In this document: piece by piece, positions 13,872-24,860 of the stretch
Layout: each line of letters starts with the position of its first letter
Position numbering within the stretch: position 1 is the first letter of the stretch
Source of the DNA: Felis catus
Lineage: Eukaryota
Length of the DNA: 64,000 nucleotides
Reading direction: 5' to 3'
NCBI RefSeq assembly: GCF_018350175.1
Contig: NC_058383.1
Span: 27,220,001 to 27,284,000 of the forward strand
Translations under genes and position numbers: made by a program
Notes under the pieces: generated by a model
The model's input: only the letters and a program-made list of their open reading frames with translations
Told to the model about the DNA's origin: nothing
Database searches by the model: none

Positions 13872-13890
13872 TGACCCCTAGAGGGCGATA
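13872..13890 (+). promoter_or_regulatory. Candidate CTCF binding motif
   Basis: TGACCCCTAGAGGGCGATA compared with the core consensus TGGCCACCAGGGGGCGCTA. Confidence 0.4.
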
Positions 13891-14427
13891 TCACTCCCAC
13901 CAAAGACCCTGGAAGAAAGCCATCAATCCCTATGTGGGCTGAAATCTCTGAGGAGGAGAGGGTCAGTAGGGAGACAGAGGGTTGCTTGAACAGTTTAGGT
14001 CCTTGGGTTCAAGTCCTTCTGCCTCACTGCTTCCATCTCCATGACTTGAGATGAACCCCAGCTCTGTACCCCCAAACCCTGACACGCTCTTTCCTTCTCC
14101 CATACACCTTCTTTACTTCTCTTGCCTTGACTCCCCAGAAGCCTTTCTGCTTCCAGCTGCCACCCTCTTAACATTCTCCGACCCAGGTCCTCTAGGAAAG
14201 GGGCACTTAAGGAGACAAATGGGCCTCCTGTTGATGAAAGACATCCAGCTTTCAAACCCATCCTTTGCATCTGCCGGGCCCCCTTTCCCCTCCCAAAACC
14301 CTGCCACAAGTGGGTAATGAATGACACACTTGTAAGCTCATTACTGCAGAATCTCTGAAGAAATGTAAATGCTCGCAGAGCCAGCGATATAAATAAAGAC
14401 GCCTGTACATAAATATATATGTGCAAA

Positions 14428-14430
<3 letters not shown>

Positions 14431-14461
<31 letters not shown>
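14431..14461. repeat. (CA)n microsatellite
   Basis: About 15 AC units. Confidence 0.95.
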
Positions 14462-14462
<1 letters not shown>

Positions 14463-14896
14463 CCAATTAATTTATTTCATCTGAAAGCCCTGAGCCATTT
14501 GGGGTGGGGAGAGAGAAGGGGAAAGGTACCTGATATCGCCACCCATGTGATTTCAGAACTGAGCTTCCCAGACGGCTGCCAATAAATTATTTTTACTATG
14601 CAGAGGTACAAATGAATATGCTGCTGCCACCCCCTAAATCTCCTTTATGAGCCTGTGTTTGCTTTGGCCCACCCTGCCAGGGACAGGGGCTTCCAACCAA
14701 GTTTTCGTTGGCCATGTTCCTTAAGAAGGCTGCTGCCCCGCGGCCTTCCTCCCTGCAAAATGCAAGCGCCGTCCCCCTCCACACTTCCTGTTTACAGGTG
14801 GGCTTGGCGTGCCACAGCCAACGGCACCCCTACAGGAGGGCTATGGGGATTCAGTGACAGCAACGTCCATCCCTGAGCTGTTGAAAAATGATTGCC

Positions 14897-15154
14897 AGGG
14901 TGCCTGGGTGGCTCAGTCAGTTCAGCATCTGACTCGGGCTTATGTCATGATCTCGCAGTTTGGGGGTTCCAGCCCTGCCATGCTGACAGCTCAGAGCCTG
15001 GAGCCTGCTTTGGATTCTCTGTCCCCACCCCCCTCTACCCCTCCCCCGCTCACTCTCTCTCTCTCTCTCAAAATAATAAATACATTGAAAGAATAAAAAT
15101 GCTCACACTCTGTCTCTCTCTCTCAAAATAATAAAACATTAAAAGAATAAAAAT
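14897..15154 (+). mobile_element. CAN-SINE with short internal deletion and tandemly duplicated 3' end
   Basis: Degenerate TSD AAAATGATTGCC (14885-14896) / AAAATGATGGCT (15155-15166); duplicated units at 15048-15100 and 15101-15154. Confidence 0.9.
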
Positions 15155-15479
15155 AAAATGATGGCTGCACTCTGGACTGAGGGTTGCTGTGGTCCATGGG
15201 AGGGGAGGCACCATTCTTGACCACACAGTTCAGAAGACCCTGCCCGAGTCTCTACCATGCTTCAGGGGGAGATGCAAAGCTTCATCACAACCAACTTTTG
15301 CAGGTACTGACACGCCTCCAAAGGAAAGATCTGGTCACCTTGTTCAGACGAAACGTGTCTGACGTCCATCTCTCCAATGGTGCTGAGCATCGACGTGCCA
15401 GCAGGCAACCACAGCCACTGTGACGCGCCGGAGGGCCCCCTGCAATGGCGTGCATACCAAGGGCATGCTGTGGAGTTGC

Positions 15480-15690
15480 TCTTCCAGATCAGAAACCTGG
15501 CTCGGCCACTTCCTACCGGTGTGACCTTGGGGAAGTTAACCTCTCTGAGCCTTGGTTCCTTCCTAGGGAACATGGGTATAATAATATCCAAACCTCCTAG
15601 GGCTGATGAAAAGCTATGTTGACTTAACCAGTGCACAAGCACAGCTCGGGGCCCAGAGGAACAGTCGATAGGAGGTAGCTGTTATCATTC
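15480..15690 (+). mobile_element. MIR
   Basis: CCTGGCTCGGCCACTTCCTACCGGTGTGACCTTGGGGAAGTTAACCTCTCTGAGCCTTGGTT. Confidence 0.75.
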
Positions 15691-15734
15691 CATCCAAAAT
15701 TCTATCTGCGGGTAACCTTTTGTGCCTGAATTCG

Positions 15735-15860
15735 TGCCTATTTACTGAGCACCAAGTGTGTGCAAGTCCCTGTTCTAAGCAGCAGGAATGTGTCTAAGAG
15801 TAAGACAGATGTCTGCTCTCAGGGCACTTGCATTTTAGTACCAGGGATACAGAAAACCAG
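15735..15860 (-). mobile_element. L2 3' end fragment
   Basis: TATTTACTGAGCACC..GTGTG..AAG..CTGTTCTAAGC...CTGCTCTCAGGGCACTTGCATTTTAG. Confidence 0.6.
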
Positions 15861-15956
15861 CTCACCAACTCCATAAAAAGATAAAAACAGACTACAGAAT
15901 GTGTTATGGATGCAATGCTGAGCATCGGTTACACGTCTTTATCCACCCATTTTAAA

Positions 15957-16080
15957 TTTATTCTTTTATTTTTTTAAAGTCAGCGCAGAGCCAGATTGGG
16001 GCTCGAACAAACCATGAGATCCTGAGCTCAGACAAAACCAAGAACTGGATGCTTAATGGACTGAGCCAGCCAGGTGGCCC
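15957..16080 (-). mobile_element. Older, internally deleted CAN-SINE
   Basis: T-tail joined directly to GTCAGCGCAGAGCC; ends CAGCCAGGTGGCCC; flanked by target copies at 15940 and 16081. Confidence 0.85.
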
Positions 16081-16095
16081 TATCCACCTGTTTTA

Positions 16096-16300
16096 TTTTT
16101 TAAATTTTTTTTTCAACATTTATTTATTTTTTGGGACAGAGAGACACAGCATGAACGGGGGAGGGGCAGAGAGAGAGGGAGACACAGAATTGGAAACAGG
16201 CTCCAGGCTCTGAGCCATCAGCCCAGAGCCTGACGCGGGGCTCAAACTCCCGGACCGCGAGATCCCGGACGCTTAACCGACTGCGCCACCCAGGCGCCCC
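16096..16300 (-). mobile_element. Young felid SINEC_Fc-type element with perfect 15-bp TSD
   Basis: Diagnostic GGCGCAGTCGG, CTGGGCTGATGGCTCAG and CCGTTCATG on the minus strand; TSD TATCCACCTGTTTTA at 16081-16095 and 16301-16315. Confidence 0.95.
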
Positions 16301-16522
16301 TATCCACCTGTTTTAAAGACGAGGGGACCAAGGCGGGAAGAGCTTATCTCAGCCAGTTCAGGAACCAGGCCTACCCTGTCTCAGAGTTGAGAAAATGAGG
16401 AAAAGACATGGAGAGGCCGGGTGCCTGGGCTACAGATCAAAGGGTTGTTTCTGCCTCCTCTTGCCCCTGTTCTGAGAAGTGACATGTGCCACCCCCATCA
16501 AGGCAGAAGATCTGCTGGCTCT

Positions 16523-16566
16523 TTTTTTTTTTTTTTTTTTTTGTCTTTTAATGTTTATTAACTTTT

Positions 16567-16637
<71 letters not shown>

Positions 16638-16808
16638 CGGGCAGGAGACGGGCCGAGAGAGACAGGGAAACACAGTATCCGAAGCAGGCTCCAGGCTCTG
16701 TGCTGTTGGCAACAGCACAGAGCCTGATGCGGGACTTGAACCCACCAACCACGAGACCATGACCTGACCTGAAGTCGGACACCAAACCTACTGAGCCACC
16801 CAGGCACC
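16523..16808 (-). mobile_element. CAN-SINE with long poly(T) and expanded GA tract
   Basis: ~20-nt T run, (GA)n/(GAAA) tract at ~16567-16637, ends GAGCCACCCAGGCACC. Confidence 0.92.
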
Positions 16809-17761
16809 GGTGGACAAGCTCCTTACTCAAGGGGCTGAGCAGGTGCACCTTTCCCAGCACCACCAGCCCTGCCTTGACTTCGCTCCCCTTTATCCTCAAA
16901 CAGCTCGCGGAACAAAGCCAGCAGATGGTGGTTCTGGGAAACCCGATGGACCGCAGCTGTTCAGACCACTAGATGGCTCTTTCTGTGAACTTTACAGTGG
17001 CGCAAGCTGCTTGCTGTAAGGCAGAGGCTGCTCTGTCTCTGTCCCTCTGTCTTTCTCTCTCGACAGGACCTATCTCTGAGTTCTTCTGAGTCCTCAGCTT
17101 CTGGGGGCCTTCCAGGATCTCACCCTGACTCCTGGCGGACTTCCTGCCCCAGGGTAGGTCACCTTTTCCCTTAAGGCAGTATTCCCCTTAGGACTTCTCA
17201 CTTAAGAGGTGAGTCAGCAACACGGGACTCCCAAGCTGACTTCAAAATACAGGCCAGACGTCCAAGTCCCCACAGGCTCCCCCAAAATATGAGCGCTGCC
17301 TATTTTTTGAGCTTCGTGATCCTTTCCATCACCTGGAACTCTGAGCGTCTTCTTCACGCCATCCCATCAGCCCCAAGTTACATGGGAGAGCACCTACTGT
17401 TTACTCCCTCGGTTAACCCTCGCATTTATCATGAGGAATCTTATCATCTTCACTTGATGTAAGAGGAAGTGGAGCCTCAGAGAGGAGGTTATGTGTCACA
17501 CAGGTGGGAAGGGGCAGGGCTAGGAACAAGGCCAGGTCTGATTCCAAAGCTTGTATTCTCAACTGCCCAGCCTCATCTCTCAGGGGAGGTTTGGCAGTGT
17601 CTGAACTCGGAACCAGGGGTTTCTGAGGGTGGTGGGGGGCAGGCTGTGAAATCTCCCCTCCTGGTTGGCCTTAGGAAGTAGACAGAAATTCATCTGTCAT
17701 ATCCACACACTTAACGTCAAGACCCGGAGAATCCTAGCGGACACCAGGTGTTCAGGATTTT

Positions 17762-17985
17762 TTTTAAAAAACTTTTTAAATATTTATTTGAGAGAGAACG
17801 AGAGAGGGAGAGAGAGAGAGCATAAACAGGGGAAGGACAGGGAGGGGGAGACACAGAATCTGAAGCAGGCTCTAGCTTCTGAGCTGTCAGCACAGAGCCC
17901 GATGTGGGGCTCGAACTCATGAACCACAAGATCATGACCTGAGCCGAAGTTGGACTCTTAACTCACTGAGCCACCCAGGCACCCC
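17762..17985 (-). mobile_element. CAN-SINE
   Basis: Full antisense body; TSD CAGGATTTT at 17753-17761 and 17986-17994. Confidence 0.93.
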
Positions 17986-19239
17986 CAGGATTTTATGATA
18001 CAGTCCCCTGCTCCCTAACACACCTTTCAAACTGTTGTGATGTATTCTCCTACTTGACTCTCCTAACAGCCCTACGAAGAAGCAGTGTGGACCAGTGGTC
18101 AGAGGAATGGGCGCTGAAACGGGCTAACCTGTGTCCTTTTAAAAGGTGCCTTTTAAAAGCTCTGTGACCTCCCAGCTATAACCAACTCATAGGATTGATA
18201 AGAGAAGCTAATCAGTCATTGCTGGCGGAGCACTCAGGACAGTGTCTGGAACACAAATCAGACCCGTTGACAGTATTCCTGTTAGTAGTGGGCTATCTTT
18301 TCCGACAGATGAGTAAACCGAGGCTCAGAGAGCTAAAGACACCTGCTCAAGGCCAGGGAGAATGGGGGTTTAAACCACAGCGTGTGACTCTGGAGCTCAA
18401 ATTCATACCCACTTCCCAAACAAAACAGCTCCCTCAAATCCAAGACTAACAATGAGCTGCCTCTGGTTAGGGGTGAAACACCCAACAAGGGGGATTGCAG
18501 TTTCTCTGGGGGCATAAAAGCCTCCAATTTCAGATCCTGTGCAGAGGGGGGTCCAGCTTCCTGACGGTGTCCGTCGGGTTTCATCCACCTCCAGGCCACT
18601 CAGAGTGTTCGTAGGAGCGCCAAAGAAGATCTTGAGGGTCAGGCAGGGCCTCCCCCACTTCTCCCGTCCTAGAATATCACTTGAGGCCAAGGTCTGCATG
18701 TCCGTGGCGGCACTTACTAGACACTAAAGCCCTGCAAGGCCTGAAAGAAGTCGTGCAGATGGCACCCCACCTGTGCTGGGCAGAGCCATCCCTATTGTTG
18801 AAGGCTTTGGCTTCATTCAGACCCCAGGGGTCAGTGCGTCTCCACCCCTGGGTCTCTGTCCTCCCGCTGTCCCCCTGGGTCTTGCCTCCCTCTCACCCCA
18901 CCGTCCTGCATCGTTCGGCGATCAAAAGGCTGCCCGTGGCCTAGGACATTTACAAAAGTTGTTACGTTTCTCAAGAACAGAGGTGGTAACTTTTAGCGGT
19001 TTTTCTTCTCTTGTTTTCTAAAATGGATCGAAATATATTCCTAATATAAATGCTAATCAAACAAGTATAAAAACTAATATCCTCTTGACTTAGGACACTT
19101 CAAAACCTACCAAAAATAAAGAAAAATGATATAACACCACTAGAGACCAATTCCGCCACGCTTTATTCAATGCTCTAAAGAAATAAACCTTTATAGGTAG
19201 GGTTGACATAGTCTCCACTGCTCAGCTCCTATTTCTCAA

Positions 19240-19415
19240 CAACCCAGAGGTCACTTCTGTCTTTCACAGCTATGCGTTTATGTCTCTAGTAAATAGGTAT
19301 GTGTCCACAGACAATATATAGTATTGCTTTGTGTGTTTATAAGGTTGACAAAATGGCACCATGCCGTAAATATCCCCTTTGCAACATGCTGGTTTCGTTC
19401 AATATTTTATTAGCA
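19240..19415 (-). mobile_element. Ancient L1 (L1ME-like) fragment
   Basis: ACAATATATAGTATTG..TTGTGTGTTT...AAATGGCACCATGC.GTA..TATC...TTTGCAAC. Confidence 0.5.
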
Positions 19416-19508
19416 TTTCTGCTCCTCCTCCTCCTCTCCCCTTAGCTCTGCTCGATGCTTCTTTCCACAGATGGCACGATGCAGTGAGAATGGGCAGCAT
19501 TTAGTCCA

Positions 19509-19673
19509 CCGGGTTCCCAACTTTGCCGGCCCAACTAGAATCACCTGGAAGCTTTAAAAATGCTGATGCCCGGCTGCAACCAGGGAGGTACTAGTGGGCT
19601 GGGGCCCGGGAATTGGGACTTGTGCAAGCTCCCCAGGTGATTCCCAGGTGTAGCCAGAGATGCAAGCTGCCAG
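19509..19673. mobile_element. MER5-family DNA transposon
   Basis: GGTTCCCAACTTTG...TAGAATCACCTGGAAGCTTTAAAAATGCTGATGCCCGG...AAGCTCCCCAGGTGATTCC. Confidence 0.7.
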
Positions 19674-19849
19674 TGCTCTTACAGTCTCAGGTTGTGCTGT
19701 GACCCAGGGTCAGCTGGACCCAGACAGCGCAGGAAAGGAAGGCGGGACAGTGAACATGAGGGTAGAACAGGAGGAGGGCATGGGGGCTGAAGCTTCTGGA
19801 ACTACACCCTAGCAGTGACTCTGCTATACCTCCGTGGCACTCCCTCGAC

Positions 19850-20300
19850 CCTGTTCAAGCATTCGCAAACCAGTCGTGCGGGGGTGGGACAACATTTTAT
19901 AATGCTTTTGCCATATTGCCCCTCGTAGTTTTAATTGGCCACCATGTAAATGTACTTATAACGTGAAAAGAAAAGTTGCCGGCAGTGGGTTCTAAAATGT
20001 TGAACCCAAGGAACAAGAGGTGGTATTATTCCACCCCAGCTAGATCAAACTGCCGTCCTAAAGCTCTAAGCCCAGGGCACACTGCTTGTGTTGCAAAGGG
20101 AGATGTGTAAGTGTCAGGTGTGAAAGACACACGAGCACCAAGCTGAGACAGTCTCCCTGGTATAATCGAAGACAGTGAGGAAGGTGAGAAGGCATGAATG
20201 TTCTCCCTGGATCGTTCAAGGTTATTTAATATGCGGGGAGCACTCCTAAATCCTGTTGGACGCCACAGTGGGCCACACAGTGTTCTTGGAGAAACACAGG
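19850..20300. mobile_element. Probable MER113-like hAT-Charlie fragment
   Basis: GCACCAAGCTGAGACAGTCTCC...TTCAAGGTTATTTAAT...TTGGAGAAACAC resembles the recalled MER113 end. Confidence 0.45.
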
Positions 20301-20549
20301 ACTAGTCCGGCCCTCTGGTTCCCTGTCACTCGGATGCTCTAGGATCCCACAAGTCTATGGGCCATGCCTGAGATTACGGAGCAAGAAAGGGAAGTGAAAC
20401 CCCTACCCCTCCTCCCAGTCTCCCAAGACAGGGGTGACCAAGACAGAGAGACCCAGGACTGGCTATGCTGACTCCTCCCCCCCGTCAGGCTGCCTTCACA
20501 CCCAGAGCCCTCTGTGTGACTTCACCTGCCACTTCCCCACACTGCGTAC

Positions 20550-20690
20550 CAGGAACTGTCCTAAGCACCGTGCATGGGTTAACTCACTCAAACCTCATGG
20601 CAAGCCCATGGAGACACACACTGCCAACACTCCCATGTTAAAGGTGGGGAAACTGAGGCACAAGGAGGTACAGAGACTTGCCTAAGGCCC
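20550..20690 (-). mobile_element. MIR fragment
   Basis: TAACTCACTCAAACCTCA...CCCATGTTAAAGGTGGGGAAACTGAGGCACA..GAGGT...GACTTGCCTAAGG. Confidence 0.7.
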
Positions 20691-22281
20691 GCACCCCAAC
20701 CGTGCACCCCAGCCAGTAAGCACCCAATGACCACTGCACCGCAGCCCGATCTCCAACGGCCAGCGGCTGCCAGCTGCCCTGTCCTAACAGCTCCACAGAG
20801 GTGGCTGCTTCGGGGAGCAAGGGGCGGAGGGCAGACAAAGAGGGAAAACGCTTTCAGAAATTATTTCCGACAGGCTACCAGATACTAAAATAACAACATT
20901 TGGTTTGTCTTGCTAGCTGGAGGCAAAAATCAGCTCAGGTGGGAGGAGGAGGCTGCCGGCGAAACGCACAAGCAGCCGGCCGGCCCTGAGCTGGCCCAAT
21001 TCTGTGACCCCAGCGGGAAATGATGTGCTGGGAGCTGCCCGCTTGGTCCTCGCCAAGGTCGGTGGTGCGGGAGAAGGGGCCGCATCTTTAAGGTGCGAAC
21101 TGGGAACTTCCACAAGGCTGGAAGACCCCGCTGCCTGCGGTGTCCAATGAGAATTTCAAATCCAGGGCGCAAGGCTCTAGAAAACCGGATGAGTAACACA
21201 CACCAGGTGGGGGTGGCGGTGAGTATTTCTGCGGAAAGCCACAATTACTATCTGGTGCACACGTCCATTATATACGCCCCTGTTGCCAGGGATTTACCTG
21301 CATTCTCACATTTCTAACGCTCACACTGATCCTTAGATGCAGTCACGGCCATTGCTAACCCCATTTACCAGACCAGCACGCTGAGGCACGGAAATGCTCA
21401 GCCACCCACCCAACGCCACACGGTCAGGAGCCGAGCCAGAGTGTGAGCTCCAGAGCCCATCACCTCCCGACTTCCTGCATTTCACACATTTCTCTGCATT
21501 TCCACAACACCTAAGAAGTGCCGGTCTTGCATGAGTGGCTCGAAATGGACGGGCACATCCTGTCCTCGCTTGGAAGGAAGGAGAAGCTGGCCCTGGAAAA
21601 CTGACAGGCTGGCACGTCTGGAGGCAAAGCCAAGCCAACGGGAGCAGATGGAGACCAGGCAGCAGATGTTAATGCAGTTTGCTTTTTCCATATGCTTTTC
21701 TGTTTAGCTGTAATAAGTGAATTGTTCTTTAATATCTGTCAGGAGCTTAAACTCTGTTGAAGGCCGGTGGCAGTCACAGCCACTCACAAAGACACAAAGC
21801 GAAAATGGCCGGGCCGTCCCATCGCATCACGGAAGAAGTGCGCAGAGTGTCAAGAAAGATGCCAAGTACAGCACGGTCCAGGACAAATGTATGGGTGCAC
21901 ACATGCGCACACGCACGCTCATTCTCTGTCTCCTGGCTTGCCTGGGCAGCCAGATTCGGACTTACATTCTAGAGCCTTTGAAAGCCCATGTCTGCATTCT
22001 TCCTACTCCATAAGTAGTAAGTGGAGTTTTAAATTTGGCCTTTGGGGGGAAAAAAAGCTCCAATTTGAAAATATACAAATGGCTCAAACTTTTTTGCTAC
22101 TCGCAAAGAAACCATAGCTCAACTTCTTGATGAAATGCACCAAGAGCACTCTGGAATCCTGTCATCTGCCCGTTTCTGGATCCTTCATGTGTTTTGGGCT
22201 GGCAAAGAATCCCACCGCTGTCACTGCATTGGGTGATGGCGCTCTCTGTCGACAGCATCTTTTCCATCAGTATTTCCATTT

Positions 22282-22483
22282 AAAAATATTTTTTTAACAT
22301 TTATTTTTGAGGCAGAGTGTGAGCAGGGAAGGGCAGAGAGAGAGGGAGACAGAGAATCCAAAGCAGGCTCCAGGCTCCCAGCTGTCGGCACAGAGCCCGA
22401 CACAAGCCTCGAACTCACAAACCACAAGATGATGACCTGAGCCCGAGTCGGATGCTCAACTGACTGAGCCACCCAGGTGCCCC
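22282..22483 (-). mobile_element. CAN-SINE with 17-bp TSD
   Basis: TSD CATCAGTATTTCCATTT (22265-22281) / CATCAATATTTCCATTT (22484-22500). Confidence 0.93.
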
Positions 22484-22679
22484 CATCAATATTTCCATTT
22501 GACAATAACTATGACTCTCAGGGTCTCACCAACTTCCCCTTCTTCCTCAGGACCCAGCTGTGACCTGTGGACAGAAGTAAGGCCTTCCTGTGCCAATAAG
22601 TCAGGCAGGGAGCAGAGAAAGAATGGCCCCTTGTCCTCACTGTTCCACCTGAACACAGAGGACACGTAAGAGCTGAACT

Positions 22680-22880
22680 CAGTCACAGAATTACCTTTTA
22701 CTAGCTGGGTGGCCTTGGGCAAGTTACTCCTAGCATTTGTGAGCCTCAGGGTCCTCTTCTGTAAAACAGGACGAACTAGCACCTGCCTCGATAGGCTTGT
22801 TGTGAAGACCACGCGAGAAAAAGTAGGGCAGGTGCTCGGCACAGTGACAGGCACCCAGCAGGCACTCAGACAGCAGCAGC
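22680..22880 (+). mobile_element. MIR
   Basis: TTACTAGCTGGGTGGCCTTGGGCAAGTTACT...GAGCCTCAGGGTCCTCTTCTGTAAAACAGG. Confidence 0.75.
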
Positions 22881-24669
22881 GATTATTTTTCATCATCACT
22901 ACTGTTCTACTTTGAGTACTTCTTATCATTCACTCATCTCACCAATACTCGAGCACCTTCTAGGCAACATCCAATGTTCTAGATGCAAGGTAGTAAACTA
23001 AGTAAGCTCACGGAACTTGTACCGTACAAGCAAAAACAGAGCCACAAATGGTCGTAAATTATGACATCGTGTGGGGCCGAGTCCTTTAAAGAAGCCATGG
23101 GAGGCTTTCTGAGCCAGGAGCGCGCCACGATCAGACTTAGGCTTCAGAAAGGTCCCTGGGGCTGGGGCATGGAGGTGGCCTCACGCTCACCACTTGCAGG
23201 GGCAGGGAGAGAGAGGAGGGGCGGGGGGACAGAGGTGCAGGCAGCCCTCACCAAGCCCAGGAGGATGAGAACCCCTTTCCCAGGTACTGCTCTGGCCTCT
23301 CCCCCTGAGGCATTGCCCAGGATGGGCTGGGGACCGGCGCAAGTGAAACAGGAAGTGACAGGAAATTTATTTAATAGTCTTTGGCTGCAAGCTTGGGTGA
23401 CCATAATCACCCAGCACCCCATTGTGATCTCACACCAGTAAATGGGCCTAAATCACAATTCTAATGAGTCTCAAGTACCGGGTAGAGCTGATTAATTTGA
23501 AGCGCCCCAGAAGCCTTAGGTACCTGCGCTGGAGGGGCTGCTTCTAATCTGCTCTCAGGAGGTCCCTGGCCACATCCTTCGGGTGACTCAGTGCCAGAAT
23601 TAATGACCTTGGCATTTCCCACCAGATCTGGGGCTCCAATCCTTTCTGACGTGGGGCAGCTGATGTCACACGACAGTCTCAGAGTGGGAGGACCCTGCCG
23701 GAATGGGAGCTGGGTGTCCGTGCCCAGAACTGAGAAGCAGCATTCAGGCCTGGCTGCGAATTTCACGTGAGTGGCTGCAAGTTCAGATTTCTGCTGTGGC
23801 CTCGGCCTTGAAGCTGTTCACCTGCAAGCCAGCATTCACGTGGCTCTTGCCTTCTGCCTCCTTCTCTCTTACAGCTGTGTTCCTAGAGAAGTCCGTTCCT
23901 CCCCTCGCTACAGAACTTTCCACACTGTGCTCAGCTCACTGGGTAGCACGGTATAAGCTCCACCCAAACATGCCCCTCTGAAAACCCATTCAGGTTTATG
24001 ACCCCCAAGGGTCTAGCCCCAAACCTGGTGTGTGTGCGTGCCTGTGCAAATCTGGACCCATACGTGAGTTATGCCACCACCACCACCACCAGCAGCAGCT
24101 AATGGTGTGGCACTGAACCAGCGTACCCCCCCCCCACCCGACGTGTGCTAAACACCTAACCTGCATCATCTGCCGTAAACCTCACAAAAAGGCTGTGACA
24201 CAGGCTCTCTTAGTGTTCCCATTTTACAGATGAAGAAACCGAGGCTTCAAGTGGCTAAGAAATTGGTAGGGCTGGGGATTTGAGCCAGAAACGTTTCAAC
24301 CCCTAAGTCACACCCCTTCACCACAACACATCCTTGAACGGTTACAGGTGGGCAGCAGTGGGTGGGAGGTAGGTACGTACTGGCCAGACCATCAGGGAAG
24401 AGGATGGCAGACACGGAGTTAGAGGAAATGAGTGAAGGCAGAGAATCTCCTCAGGGTCTTGGTCAAGCAGTGCAAATGCCCCTCGGCTCGACACAAGCTG
24501 CTTTTCCTTGGCATCCCAGACCACCCACCCTCGAGGATCCATGGGTGCTTATTCATGGCAGATTCTCTAACCCAGATGGACTGGCCAGCCACTTGGATCC
24601 CTGGTCATCACAGCTCCAGAACTGGCTGACATAAAGGCTCATATTAAGTGGCATCTAAATCAGCACCTT

Positions 24670-24860
24670 ATATGCATTAACTCATTTAATCCTCACAATG
24701 ACTCCACGGGGAGGTGTCGTCATCGCTGTCATTATCCCTGGGTTTAATGACGAATAAACTGAGGCAGAGAGAGTTGAAGTAAGTTGCCCAAGGTTTTACA
24801 GCTAGGAATTGGCCGAGTGGGATTTGAACCCAGGCCATCTGCCGTCCTAACCACTATAGG
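24670..24860 (-). mobile_element. MIR
   Basis: CATTAACTCATTTAATCCTCACAA...AAACTGAGGCAGAGAGAGTTGAAGTAAGTTGCCCAAGG...GGATTTGAACCCAGG. Confidence 0.8.

Noticed and set aside
15940..16315. Three direct repeats with intervening sequence, superficially CRISPR-like
   Set aside because: Eukaryotic locus; the repeats are target-site duplications and the spacers are SINEs
18135..18159. Duplicated CCTTTTAAAAG palindrome
   Set aside because: Short slippage duplication within MIR-like sequence; no sign of function
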